Origin: a virus
Taxonomy: Duplodnaviria > Caudoviricetes
Reading direction: 5' to 3' (one strand)
IMG/VR virus record: IMGVR_UViG_3300031555_004294
Coordinates: 160,001-224,000 of that record
Length of the DNA stretch: 64,000 nt
The position numbers were made by a program, and so were the translations under genes. A model generated the notes under the pieces. The model saw only the letters and a program-made list of their open reading frames with translations, made no database searches and was not told the origin of the DNA. Below are positions 1 to 9,423 of this stretch, one piece after another (positions within the stretch are counted from its first letter, which is position 1; every line of letters begins with the position of its first letter).

Positions 1-1
1 A

Positions 2-424
2 GAAGAAGAAATAAAAACACTTCCTTACAAGAATAAGGTTCATCTTAGCTGTAATCTTCAAAAAGGCTATATGGATAACATAATGAGTGTAAAAACATAT
101 CTTGAACATGCTGCAGCAATGGGCATCGATGATGTAGGATTTGTTTCTCTAATGCCAGTAAATGATTACTGTAAGGAAAATTTTGTTGACTTTAAAGACA
201 TCGAATTTGATGCTATAGACAATCTTTTCATTTCTAAAGAGTGGAATAATAAAGACTCTTGCAGATGCAGAAATTATTTGTATCTACCTTCTAATACGAA
301 AGCAGAAGTCGATGTAGTAAAGGTCTACACAAGATACTATGTTGATCCTAGTTACTGTTCTGGTACTTTAGTATTTGATGGACAGAACTTAAGAATGGGA
401 TTCAACGGAGAAATTATAATTTAA
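2..424 (+). CDS. Probable radical SAM enzyme, C-terminal part (5' end outside window)
   Basis: Frame is open from base 2. HLSCNLQKGY...YLEHAAAMGIDDVGFVSLM resembles the late strands of a radical SAM barrel; the CxxxCxxC motif is not in the window. Confidence 0.5.
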   Translation, partial: EEEIKTLPYKNKVHLSCNLQKGYMDNIMSVKTYLEHAAAMGIDDVGFVSLMPVNDYCKENFVDFKDIEFDAIDNLFISKEWNNKDSCRCRNYLYLPSNTKAEVDVVKVYTRYYVDPSYCSGTLVFDGQNLRMGFNGEIII

Positions 425-442
425 AAACGGAGGTAAAATAAA

Positions 443-577
443 ATGACTGAACAGATTAAGAAACAGCTTGAAGAAAATGGTTATGACTATGCAGTTGCTA
501 TTGCAACTAAGGCTGAAATCGAAGCAGGTGCAGCTTGTGGTCAGCTGAGTATCATTGTTGAGAATCAGGAAAAATAA
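443..577 (+). CDS. 44-aa peptide with RlmN/Cfr-type C-terminal AACGQL motif (not in ORF track)
   Basis: GGAGGT RBS at 429-434. Translates MTEQIKKQLEENGYDYAVAIATKAEIEAGAACGQLSIIVENQEK. Confidence 0.75.
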   Translation: MTEQIKKQLEENGYDYAVAIATKAEIEAGAACGQLSIIVENQEK

Positions 578-578
578 G

Positions 579-971
579 ATGACAGCAGACTATCTTAAAT
601 TTCCACCTTTATCAAAGCAACAAATTTTTGATTTAGCATTGACTGCTTCTGAATTCTTTAATCACATTTGTTTACCAGAAGATCTTCTTGTTTCTAATTG
701 GTTAGAAGGTCTCAGAGATGATTACTGGTACGACGGAAAATTTTGGTTTAGAGTAGTTTGTGTTTTCTATTCATGTGATGAAGGAAAAGTTAAACGTTTT
801 CTTTATCCTCCTGTAGAAAATAGCTGTTTAGAGTTTGAAAAGAAATATAAAACTCAAATAGACTGGGTGATAAAACTTTACAAACTTTGTGTAAGCCCTG
901 AAGATGAAACTTATGATGAGTTCTACGATACACTTGATATGATAATTCAAGAAAGTATAACCGAAAACTAA
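579..971 (+). CDS. Hypothetical protein with LSKQQIFDL N-terminal tag
   Basis: ATG at 579 directly after the upstream stop; tag nearly identical to LTKQQIFDL of 18237-18554. Confidence 0.7.
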   Translation: MTADYLKFPPLSKQQIFDLALTASEFFNHICLPEDLLVSNWLEGLRDDYWYDGKFWFRVVCVFYSCDEGKVKRFLYPPVENSCLEFEKKYKTQIDWVIKLYKLCVSPEDETYDEFYDTLDMIIQESITEN

Positions 972-976
972 AATTT

Positions 977-1022
977 ATACTCACATATCTCTACAATGGG
1001 ATATGTGAGTATTTTTTTTTTT
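977..1022 (+). terminator. Intrinsic terminator
   Basis: ATACTCACATATC/GATATGTGAGTAT stem followed by a long T run. Confidence 0.85.
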
Positions 1023-1043
1023 GTGTTAAATTGTTATGCCTTC

Positions 1044-1055
1044 AACACTTTATTA
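1044..1055 (+). promoter_or_regulatory. AACA-N6-TA late-type promoter
   Basis: AACActttatTA about 26 nt before ATG 1082. Confidence 0.6.
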
Positions 1056-1081
1056 TAAAAATTGTGATAAGGAGATTAAAA

Positions 1082-1996
1082 ATGTCAGAAATATTTCTAG
1101 AAACATTACTAGAAACACTGAAAATTTTACCTTTTTTATACGTAACCTATCTTCTGATGCATTTTTTAATAAATGCTCACCTTTTTAAAAATATAGATAA
1201 GATACACAAAACAGAAAAGTTTGGACCATTACTTAGTGGTTTACTTGGTGCAGTTCCTCAATGTGGATTTACTGCAGTAGTAACAGAACTATTTTCTAAT
1301 AGGTTAGTTACAATAGGAACACTTATTGCATTATACCTTTCAACTTCAGATGAAATGCTTGTAATACTCATTTCAAAACAAGTTCCTCTTTTAAAAATTT
1401 TTTTAATTTTATGTCTTAAAGTAGTAATTGGAATTGTAGTTGGATTTATTTGTGACTGGTTAGTCTTTAGAAAACCAAAGCAAATTAAGAAAGAACATGA
1501 ACATTCAGATTGCAATTGTAAACACCATCAGCATGTTGAAAAAGAAGAAGATTGCAAACATTGCAGTTGTTGTACTATTAATGACAAAAATGGAAAACCA
1601 TTACATCCACTTATTGCATCTTTAATACACTCCCTACGTATCTTCATTTATGTATTTATAGTATCTTTCATAGTCCATATGCTAATACATTATATTGGAG
1701 AAGCTACTATGAAGGGATTACTGTTGTCAGTACCTCTACTCAGTTATGTTATATCTGCAATAGTAGGTCTTATACCTAACTGCGCAATTTCAGTAATTAT
1801 TACTGAACTGTGGATAGACGGTATGCTTTCTCTTGGTGGCATGATTGCAGGTTTGTTAACATGCTCAGGTGTGGGATTAGTAATTCTGTTCCACAATAAC
1901 AAGAACTTAAAGGAAAACTTTAAGATTATTGCAATTTTATTAATTACTGGTATTTTTAGTGGAATACTTATAGACTTCATAGCAAGCCTAATATAA
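1082..1996 (+). CDS. Putative multi-TM metal transporter (ArsP_2/DUF2899, putative manganese transporter-like)
   Basis: Many TM helices; duplicated GAVPQCGF / GLIPNCA motifs; STSDEM; His/Cys-rich central loop. AGGAG RBS favours start 1082. Confidence 0.75.
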   Translation: MSEIFLETLLETLKILPFLYVTYLLMHFLINAHLFKNIDKIHKTEKFGPLLSGLLGAVPQCGFTAVVTELFSNRLVTIGTLIALYLSTSDEMLVILISKQVPLLKIFLILCLKVVIGIVVGFICDWLVFRKPKQIKKEHEHSDCNCKHHQHVEKEEDCKHCSCCTINDKNGKPLHPLIASLIHSLRIFIYVFIVSFIVHMLIHYIGEATMKGLLLSVPLLSYVISAIVGLIPNCAISVIITELWIDGMLSLGGMIAGLLTCSGVGLVILFHNNKNLKENFKIIAILLITGIFSGILIDFIASLI

Positions 1997-2013
1997 GAAA
2001 GGATGTGACTTTT

Positions 2014-2838
2014 ATGGGATTACTAAATTTTCCTATCTTTAATAACAGAACTATTGTTACTCTAGATCAATTTCTTTCCAATCCTACAGGAAAAGGTACA
2101 TCAATGATGGCTAAACGTGAAAACATCAAGAAAGATTTAGAATCAAGATACTATAAATTGCTTAAAAACTCAACAAAGAATGGAAATTTTACCTACAAAG
2201 TCTATATAGACAAAGACTCATATTTCTTTTGGTTTAAAATCCCTTCAGAAACCTATAAAGAAATTTACTACGATGTAGTACTAGAATTCTTACCAGAGGA
2301 TAAAAAACAAGAAAAATTTACTACCATAAACGACTATTCTATGAACTTCTTTAGTAATTCTCCTCACATGATGTTCACCTATACATATGTACTCAATGAA
2401 GAACATCTTCTAGTTGAAATGTTAAAATCAACTAAATATTCTAAAGAAGCTTTAAAACATCGTCCTAAAGTTACTAATCCTTATGAAATGTTTGGATTTG
2501 AAAAAAGCTGTTATTATGCAGCAATGTACATTAAGGAAAAGAAGTTGTACAACAAAACAGACATAGCAAGAAACGCAACTGAAATTACTAAAACTACTAG
2601 ACTTGAGTTGTTGAATTCTATTATGTCACAAGAAAGTAAATTTTTACAGTATGAGACTGTTAAGAAAAAGTATGCAGATGCAAAAAGAAAAGAAAGAGAA
2701 GCTAAGGCTAAAAAAGCTAATGCCGAACATAACAAAGCAATGGCTACTTATAAATCTAAGCGTCCTGTATCTTCTAGTAACAAAACTAATACAAAGAAAA
2801 CATCTGGATTTAAATCAGTTTTCAGCAAAAAGAAGTAA
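2014..2838 (+). CDS. Jumbo-phage hypothetical protein with basic tail
   Basis: Long ORF after an AAAGGATGTGA RBS; Lys-rich C-terminus. Confidence 0.7.
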   Translation: MGLLNFPIFNNRTIVTLDQFLSNPTGKGTSMMAKRENIKKDLESRYYKLLKNSTKNGNFTYKVYIDKDSYFFWFKIPSETYKEIYYDVVLEFLPEDKKQEKFTTINDYSMNFFSNSPHMMFTYTYVLNEEHLLVEMLKSTKYSKEALKHRPKVTNPYEMFGFEKSCYYAAMYIKEKKLYNKTDIARNATEITKTTRLELLNSIMSQESKFLQYETVKKKYADAKRKEREAKAKKANAEHNKAMATYKSKRPVSSSNKTNTKKTSGFKSVFSKKK

Positions 2839-2868
2839 GTATAGACATTTAAGTCTATACTTACTTTT
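2833..2868. terminator. Bidirectional terminator between convergent genes
   Basis: AAGTAAGTATAGAC/GTCTATACTTACTT inverted repeat. Confidence 0.75.
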
Positions 2869-2874
2869 AAATTT

Positions 2875-3831
2875 TTAAGCCTTTACAACCGTATAAGTGC
2901 CATCCTTATTAGTTACAGGTACATAACCTTCAGCACAGTATTCAGCAGCTACAGGATGTTGGAAGGTACCACCATAAACTTTTACATTACCAAGAATAAT
3001 AGTTTCGCCTTCAATACAATTGAAAGTACCACCATGAATTTCAACGGTTCCTTGGAAACCATTTACACAGCAATAGTTACCATTGAAGTTGCCACCATTG
3101 ATTATAGTTTCGCCCCAAGAACCGATTAAATAGTCACCAGATGTTTTAAAAGTACCACCCTTAATAGTTAATTTAGCAGTAGGTTGAACGCCAATGCCAT
3201 ACATACCAACAGCTACATTACCTTCGCCAGTAATAGTAAAGTCACCCTTAACTACCATGCCATAATTATTCTCAACTGTAGGGATAGTTAAATTATGTCC
3301 GTTTAAGTCGATATTAAGAGTTTTACCAGCTGGAATGGTAACCTTTTCTTCAAAGTCAATATCTTCAATAATAGCCAAAGTACTATTGTCAGCTACAGCA
3401 TCTAGAGCATCAGCAAATTTATTATAATATACACCATTAACACTAATTGTAGGGGCATCCTCTACAATTTCTATACCTTTAATTTTCTCAATAGGAATTA
3501 CAACAAGATTACAGTTGTACTGTGTCGAACAGTCTAGTACTAAAGCTAAAACTTTAATGTAATCTTCAAACTCAAATTTTTCATTTTGCATTGGCTTTCT
3601 AGGAGGTCTATGATGGTTACAATTATGAGGTACTAACTTAGTTGCAAATGTGATATCTTTTAGAATACCACTAACAGTTTTCAATTCAGAATTTTCGTCT
3701 AAATATGTTACATCTTTTAGTAACTTTCCTTCTCTTACAGCAACTTCTGTTATAGTATTATCATTGTTTGTAAGACTAATTACAACTTCTAATACTGGAG
3801 TTGCCATACAAGATTTTACAATATTTTCCAT
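2875..3831 (-). CDS. Protein with C-terminal pectin-lyase-like beta-helix (surface-protein type); possible virion protein
   Basis: IDLNGHNLTI, ITGEG and repeated I(K/N/H)GGTF turns; late motif upstream at 3885-3896. Confidence 0.6.
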   Translation of the reverse strand: MENIVKSCMATPVLEVVISLTNNDNTITEVAVREGKLLKDVTYLDENSELKTVSGILKDITFATKLVPHNCNHHRPPRKPMQNEKFEFEDYIKVLALVLDCSTQYNCNLVVIPIEKIKGIEIVEDAPTISVNGVYYNKFADALDAVADNSTLAIIEDIDFEEKVTIPAGKTLNIDLNGHNLTIPTVENNYGMVVKGDFTITGEGNVAVGMYGIGVQPTAKLTIKGGTFKTSGDYLIGSWGETIINGGNFNGNYCCVNGFQGTVEIHGGTFNCIEGETIILGNVKVYGGTFQHPVAAEYCAEGYVPVTNKDGTYTVVKA

Positions 3832-3884
3832 AAGTATATTTCCTTTCTATGTTTTTAAAAATTTATAGTTACGCAAGTCACATA

Positions 3885-3896
3885 TATTTATTTGTT
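3885..3896 (-). promoter_or_regulatory. AACA-N6-TA late-type promoter
   Basis: Minus strand AACAaataaaTA upstream of 3831. Confidence 0.6.
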
Positions 3897-3932
3897 TTGG
3901 AGTAGTACTTATAAGTTAAAGACGTTTTCATC

Positions 3933-3951
3933 TATATATTCTAAAACTGTA
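3933..3951 (+). promoter_or_regulatory. TATATATY early-type promoter
   Basis: TATATATTctaaaactgta about 43 nt before ATG 3983. Confidence 0.5.
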
Positions 3952-3982
3952 ACAAAAATTTTAAAGGAGGAAATATTTAAAA

Positions 3983-4216
3983 ATGACAATCAAAACATCT
4001 TATACTGTTAACTTAGATGGAAACAGTAAAGTTAATAAAATGATTAGTGCTGATGACATTAAACTTAACGACCTAATTGAAATTTTAAAAGAAATTTCTA
4101 AAGAAAATGGAAATGAGAATAAGATAATTTCTTGTTGTGGTATAACTCATTTCTTTATTCATACTTTTGATAAAAATGGCAAGTATATTGTTATTGATAC
4201 TGAAGAACATATCTAA
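3983..4216 (+). CDS. Hypothetical protein
   Basis: AAGGAGG RBS. Confidence 0.7.
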   Translation: MTIKTSYTVNLDGNSKVNKMISADDIKLNDLIEILKEISKENGNENKIISCCGITHFFIHTFDKNGKYIVIDTEEHI

Positions 4217-4270
4217 CAAAAAATTTTTAAAAGTTAAAGTTTTCTATAAAAATACATTAAGGGATAAACC

Positions 4271-4282
4271 AACAAAGTCTTA
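4271..4282 (+). promoter_or_regulatory. AACA-N6-TA late-type promoter
   Basis: AACAaagtctTA upstream of 4327. Confidence 0.5.
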
Positions 4283-4326
4283 TTTTTACAAAAGAAGAAT
4301 GGTAAGGAAGGATGAGGTGAATTCAA

Positions 4327-5823
4327 TTGGAAACAGAGATTAATCAAAACAACTATGACGACAACATTTATCAAAAAGAAGAAGGAAAATATGTAATCAT
4401 TGAATTCGATAAGATTTTGAATGAAGAAGGCATTTCTCATATGAATGAATTTTCTTTAAAGAAAAGATCTTATTACACTATCAACGATCTGATTACAGAT
4501 ACGATTAAACGTGTTTTTAATGATTGCGGTCATGAAGTTATTTTACCCTACTTACAAGTAGCTTATAAGATTAAAAATCTTGAAGAAGAATACTCGATAG
4601 AGGATATGATTAACGATGTGACTACAGTTGTAAATAACAAAGTTGTCAAAAAATCTATCAATGAATTTATAAACAATAACTATGTTGAAGAGTTAGACGA
4701 AAAGACAGAAGAAACTAAAAAAGCAAAACGCATTAACCAGGAATTGCAGTTTACTGATGAACATGTAAAGATTCTTTTAAAAGCAGCAGAAAGTATAAGA
4801 TTATCGATCCCACTAATTACTGAATTTTGCGAGAAAAGAAAACATGAAGTAAATAGTGTTCTGTATGATACATTTGAAAGAATTATAAAGCTGTATCAGG
4901 GTAAGATTGAGATTATGAATAAACTTCACCGTTTTACTTATTCTCGTACCGTTGCAACTCAATATTCTGATAAATCTATATGGAATCTTTTAGTTAATAA
5001 ATCTAAGGACGTTAATGTCATTACTGTGGAATTTTTGAAAGATATAATAATTGGTATCTTACCCAAGACTGTTACTGAGAAAAATATCATAAACTTATTC
5101 CATGTTGTCATTAAAAGAAAAATAGCTTTTGAATTTTCTAAGAACCATAAAATTACATTTAAACCTGTAAACCTCAATCAAGTTGATGGAGAAGGTCTCA
5201 CGATGTTTGATAAATGGGAATCGTCTATGAAAAAGCGAGATGAGTCTAAGATAATTATCAATCAGTTGTCCATCCAATATCAAATTGAAAACATTCAAAA
5301 GGAATTTAAAATTAAAATTACACCAGAAGAATTTAACTACTACAAAGAACACATTCACATCAATAAGTTCCAAACTAACTTCCTATTTTTATTCTTTGCA
5401 AAGTATATGGGAAGCTATTCCAATCTTTATAATTGCAATAGAGATGAATATGTCTATCTAGTCATCCTTCTTTATAAATGGTTGAAGCTTAATGGATATA
5501 CTTGTCTATCAGAATATCTAATTGCATTACCTGATAAGTTGAATGAAAAACGTATGACTACTAAAAACTCTAAGCTATTTGAACGTATTACTGAATCAAA
5601 AACTTACAAAGATTTAATCCGTAACAAGTATTCTTATATTAGTCAGAATATCATTCAGTCTAAGATTATCATCAAGCTAGTTGGAAATATGTCTGTGTCC
5701 AAATACAATTATCTAGTTGCATATGAAGATTACGATCCAAATGTAGAATCAGAACCTGAAGAAATTGTATGTAAGGTTGAAGATTTGGCTGATGAAGTAC
5801 TGAACTTTATAAAGTTGATCTAA
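4327..5823 (+). CDS. Possible promoter-specificity (sigma-like, AR9 gp226-type) subunit of the non-virion RNAP
   Basis: 498 aa, helical-looking; N-terminal GKYVIIEFDKI...KKRSY pattern is recalled from AR9-like proteins and not verified. Confidence 0.4.
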   Translation: METEINQNNYDDNIYQKEEGKYVIIEFDKILNEEGISHMNEFSLKKRSYYTINDLITDTIKRVFNDCGHEVILPYLQVAYKIKNLEEEYSIEDMINDVTTVVNNKVVKKSINEFINNNYVEELDEKTEETKKAKRINQELQFTDEHVKILLKAAESIRLSIPLITEFCEKRKHEVNSVLYDTFERIIKLYQGKIEIMNKLHRFTYSRTVATQYSDKSIWNLLVNKSKDVNVITVEFLKDIIIGILPKTVTEKNIINLFHVVIKRKIAFEFSKNHKITFKPVNLNQVDGEGLTMFDKWESSMKKRDESKIIINQLSIQYQIENIQKEFKIKITPEEFNYYKEHIHINKFQTNFLFLFFAKYMGSYSNLYNCNRDEYVYLVILLYKWLKLNGYTCLSEYLIALPDKLNEKRMTTKNSKLFERITESKTYKDLIRNKYSYISQNIIQSKIIIKLVGNMSVSKYNYLVAYEDYDPNVESEPEEIVCKVEDLADEVLNFIKLI

Positions 5824-5831
5824 AAAATTTT

Positions 5832-5873
5832 AAACTACTATAATTCTCAACAACAGAGAATTATAGTAGTTTT
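5832..5873 (+). terminator. Terminator hairpin overlapping an AACA-N6-TA motif (5852-5863)
   Basis: AACTACTATAATTCTC/GAGAATTATAGTAGTT stem plus T run. Confidence 0.7.
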
Positions 5874-5904
5874 TATTTTTTGTAAAGAAAGGAGGTAAAA
5901 TAGT

Positions 5905-6963
5905 GTGACTGAACAGAAATATTTAAGAGATAAACTAGTTGAAAGTATCAAAGCAAATGTTCATCCAGCTAACCTAAACAATTCAAAGGATGAACTAATG
6001 TTAAGATGTCCTTATTGTTTAGACTCTCAAAAATCAACACTTCATACCCATATGTACATTGGTTTAGATAATGAACTCTGTTTTCCTTATTACTGTCAGC
6101 GATGTACTACGTCTGGAATAGTTGATCGAAATTTTCTAAAAGATATAAACGTTCTGGATTATACTTTGATAGGTGAAATCGAGAAGTTTAACAAAAGCAA
6201 CTCTACAAAAAAGAAAAGCAAAAAAATTGTAGATGAAACTTACGATGTCAAATCACTTATAAAACGAGAAAGTTTAATTTTACCTTCCTTTAATGGAACT
6301 GATAGAGAAAACGCAAAACTAAAGTATATAAATAACCGCTATAGTTTTAATCTTGAACCAGAACAGTATATAAACGATTACAAGATTATATTTTCGTTCA
6401 AAAGTTTCATAGAACAGAATGAGATTGAAGATTTGTATTTGAACGACTATATGTTAAAGAACCTCATTAGAAATTACATAGGATTTTTAAGTTCCGATCA
6501 AAGTTACATCATTTTTAGAAATATAGATCCTAACTGTAAGAAAAATGAGCGTTATTACATGTACAATATTTTTAACAATCCTGCTGGAAAACGATTTTAT
6601 ACTTGTCAGTCTAAAATAAATGTTTTGACACCAAAAATAGAACTTGTTCTATCAGAAGGTACATTTGATATTTTAGGAATAAGAGAGTATTTTTATAAGG
6701 ACAATACAGAAAATAAAATATTTGCATCTGTCAATGGTAAAGGATATGGTTTAGTTATTAACCATTTTGCTAGATTGGGTTTTCTAAATATGGATATCTC
6801 CATCTATTCAGATGCAGATGTCAATATAGGAATGTATCATGGCTTAAAAAAAGCTTATCCAATTATAGCAAGTAACAGTACTAGAGTCTTCTACAATACA
6901 ATAGAAAAAGACTATGGGACCAAATTTGAAAAGATAAAACTAAAGTCCAATTTCATCAGATGA
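5905..6963 (+). CDS. DNA primase (Zn finger + TOPRIM)
   Basis: CPYC...H...CQRC zinc-binding domain; SEGTFD and YSDAD TOPRIM motifs. Confidence 0.85.
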   Translation: MTEQKYLRDKLVESIKANVHPANLNNSKDELMLRCPYCLDSQKSTLHTHMYIGLDNELCFPYYCQRCTTSGIVDRNFLKDINVLDYTLIGEIEKFNKSNSTKKKSKKIVDETYDVKSLIKRESLILPSFNGTDRENAKLKYINNRYSFNLEPEQYINDYKIIFSFKSFIEQNEIEDLYLNDYMLKNLIRNYIGFLSSDQSYIIFRNIDPNCKKNERYYMYNIFNNPAGKRFYTCQSKINVLTPKIELVLSEGTFDILGIREYFYKDNTENKIFASVNGKGYGLVINHFARLGFLNMDISIYSDADVNIGMYHGLKKAYPIIASNSTRVFYNTIEKDYGTKFEKIKLKSNFIR

Positions 6964-6965
6964 TT

Positions 6966-7001
6966 AAAAAGAGATATCACTTTCGTGATATCTCTTTTTT
7001 T
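6966..7001. terminator. Bidirectional terminator
   Basis: AAAAAGAGATATCAC-tttc-GTGATATCTCTTTTT. Confidence 0.85.
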
Positions 7002-8264
7002 TTAATCATTCTGTAAATTTTGTCTGCTCCATTCAAATAAAGTTGCCTGATTAGCATAACAGCCTATATGATAGCTGTAATTGAACAGAGGATTTAATAA
7101 AACAATTTCTTTTGTTTTCCAGTTAATATCAAAATCTTTTTTAAATTTCATTTCTTTTGCATCACGATACAAAACAAATGAAAAAGTTTCTTTTAGATAC
7201 TCATAATCTCTTTTTTGCAACTGTTCATCTATGAATTTTAAAAGATCATTTGAAAATAGGTCGTCTAAGGATAACGTATCTACAGTCTTATTTACTTCAG
7301 TAACTAGTTCCTGCCAAAGTATAAGAGTCTTTTCATTTATTGTCTCATTAGGACGTAATGTGAAAGCAGAACTGTAAAAATGAACTTTACTCTCATCTAA
7401 AGATGGGATATATTCACCAGCAGGTAGAGATTTACATTCAAACATATAGTTACTGGGAATCCATAATTCCATACCAAGTGTAAATTCTATGATTTCTTCA
7501 TCATTAGCCATGTTTACTTTATTTACAGCTTTAGTATCAGCATCAGGTGGATTTTCAACAGTAACCAGTACGTTAGCAGCATAGGTATGAACAAAAGCAT
7601 TATTTCCACTTGCAGTATACATAACAGGTTCAATATGACCTTGAGAGTGATTTCTTAAGTAGGCTAGGAAATCTTTTCTTTCATCAGGATCTTTGATATC
7701 TAAGTCTTTACATTTTGACAATGCTTGGATTATAGTATTTGGTATTTGTGCTCTTAACAGCTGGTTATTCCAATACATTCTGTCATTGTTATGAAATTTT
7801 TGTCTTAGCATATAGACGACATCTATTTTTTGTAAGTATGTTTCTACTTTGATTTTGTAGTCAAATGAAAACTTAATTCTATTTGGTATTGCAGAAACAA
7901 CTAAGTCATCTTCGCTGTTATAGAAAATTTTTTTGTAACCGTATCTGCTAGAATAATGGTTGAATGTTTGGAATATACCTCTTCTCCATGTTGGATAAGG
8001 ACCACCATATGTCTCATCAAAGTCTGGTACTAAAGATGGGTTTATAGATAGTTGAGGATACTGTTTGATTGGTAGTTCATCATCATTCTTTTCAGCTTGT
8101 TGTGAAGATGCTAACGCAGTAGTAATAAAGATATCTTTAAAATATTCCTCTGGAAAAAAATCTAAAACCAATTCTTTAGCAAAACCTGTCATAGAACTCA
8201 ATAATGAACAGATTGAATTTGAGACGTTACAGGTTATTACAGTATTTCTTGAATTCTCCATCAT
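7002..8264 (-). CDS. Jumbo-phage protein, probably virion structural
   Basis: About 420 aa in a late-motif operon; RBS AAAGGATGTGA favours start 8264. Confidence 0.5.
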   Translation of the reverse strand: MMENSRNTVITCNVSNSICSLLSSMTGFAKELVLDFFPEEYFKDIFITTALASSQQAEKNDDELPIKQYPQLSINPSLVPDFDETYGGPYPTWRRGIFQTFNHYSSRYGYKKIFYNSEDDLVVSAIPNRIKFSFDYKIKVETYLQKIDVVYMLRQKFHNNDRMYWNNQLLRAQIPNTIIQALSKCKDLDIKDPDERKDFLAYLRNHSQGHIEPVMYTASGNNAFVHTYAANVLVTVENPPDADTKAVNKVNMANDEEIIEFTLGMELWIPSNYMFECKSLPAGEYIPSLDESKVHFYSSAFTLRPNETINEKTLILWQELVTEVNKTVDTLSLDDLFSNDLLKFIDEQLQKRDYEYLKETFSFVLYRDAKEMKFKKDFDINWKTKEIVLLNPLFNYSYHIGCYANQATLFEWSRQNLQND

Positions 8265-9423
8265 GTTTATTATCACATCCTTTATCTTCTGGAATTATGT
8301 TCTTGATATAAACATTTTTATGATTCTTTGAAAGATCTATAGTTGTTCCATCATTCAACTGTATAATTGGAAGAAGTGGATCTTCTGTATGTTGACAAAC
8401 TCTACCAATTTTTCCATTAGATAACTGAATTTTTTCACCAATAGTAAAGTACGAAATATGTTTAACTAGTAGATTAGAAACCTCTTTACTAAAAATATGG
8501 TCAGATTGTTTGAGGAAAAACTTGTTAATTTCCTTGTTACTTCCTATTGATGGGAAAACATGCTTAAAATGTATCATGAACATATCATAATAGTTAGCTG
8601 CTTGAACTATGTTAACAGCTATATCTTTTTGTTCTTTAGAGATTTTTTTGTTTTCATAAAATAGTGGATGTGACATATGCATCTTTTTAGATTCATCATA
8701 TGAACTATCAAAATCTTCCCAAACATTCTGTAAAAGTATAATTTTTTTGCTGACTAATGGTATCAATTTATTATTGAGAACTTCATTAAATCCGAGTACA
8801 GGTACCATTTCAATCAAGTGGTACTCCTCTCGATTATAAATATGTCCTTCAGTTGCCAATATTGGGAACTCAATGAATAACTTATTTCTTCCAATTTCAT
8901 GTAAAACTCCACCAATAGCTATTCCATGAATCAGATCTTTATTTAAATTTGCCTTTATAGCTAGGATTAAAGAAACGATTGTGACTCTAATAGAATGTGC
9001 AAATAACTTAGGACTCATAATCAATAAGTTTTCTAGGTAGTTTTTAAAATATTTTTCTTCTAGAATATCGTTCATAAAAATATCTACTATTTTTCTTACT
9101 AGCTCTTTATCATTTTCATCATCTACAATATGATTTTCATTTTTTCCAGAAGAATAGCGATGAAATATCAATTCTGTTTCACATTTTATCGATTCTAATA
9201 TTTCATCGCTAATAATAGACGCAATATTGTCTTTTAGCTCATTATCGTTTGTATATACAAATACATAGTAGATTGAATTTTTTAATTCATTTGACAGTCT
9301 ATTGATTGTAGTTCTATCAATAATCGAATTACTCTGAAAGAGTAATTGACCATTGTAAAAGACGTCTCTAGCTAGTATTTTACCTTCGTAATCGGCTAGA
9401 TCGCTAACGTTTATCTTTTTCAT
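8227..9423 (-). CDS. Degenerate HD-GYP domain protein (likely catalytically dead)
   Basis: GKILARDVF N-domain, HSIRV, LHEIG (HD to HE), QNV in place of HHE, SHP for GYP, AANYYD, C-terminal IGEKIQLSNGKIGRV..P..P domain. Confidence 0.8.
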   Translation of the reverse strand: MKKINVSDLADYEGKILARDVFYNGQLLFQSNSIIDRTTINRLSNELKNSIYYVFVYTNDNELKDNIASIISDEILESIKCETELIFHRYSSGKNENHIVDDENDKELVRKIVDIFMNDILEEKYFKNYLENLLIMSPKLFAHSIRVTIVSLILAIKANLNKDLIHGIAIGGVLHEIGRNKLFIEFPILATEGHIYNREEYHLIEMVPVLGFNEVLNNKLIPLVSKKIILLQNVWEDFDSSYDESKKMHMSHPLFYENKKISKEQKDIAVNIVQAANYYDMFMIHFKHVFPSIGSNKEINKFFLKQSDHIFSKEVSNLLVKHISYFTIGEKIQLSNGKIGRVCQHTEDPLLPIIQLNDGTTIDLSKNHKNVYIKNIIPEDKGCDNKHDGEFKKYCNNL

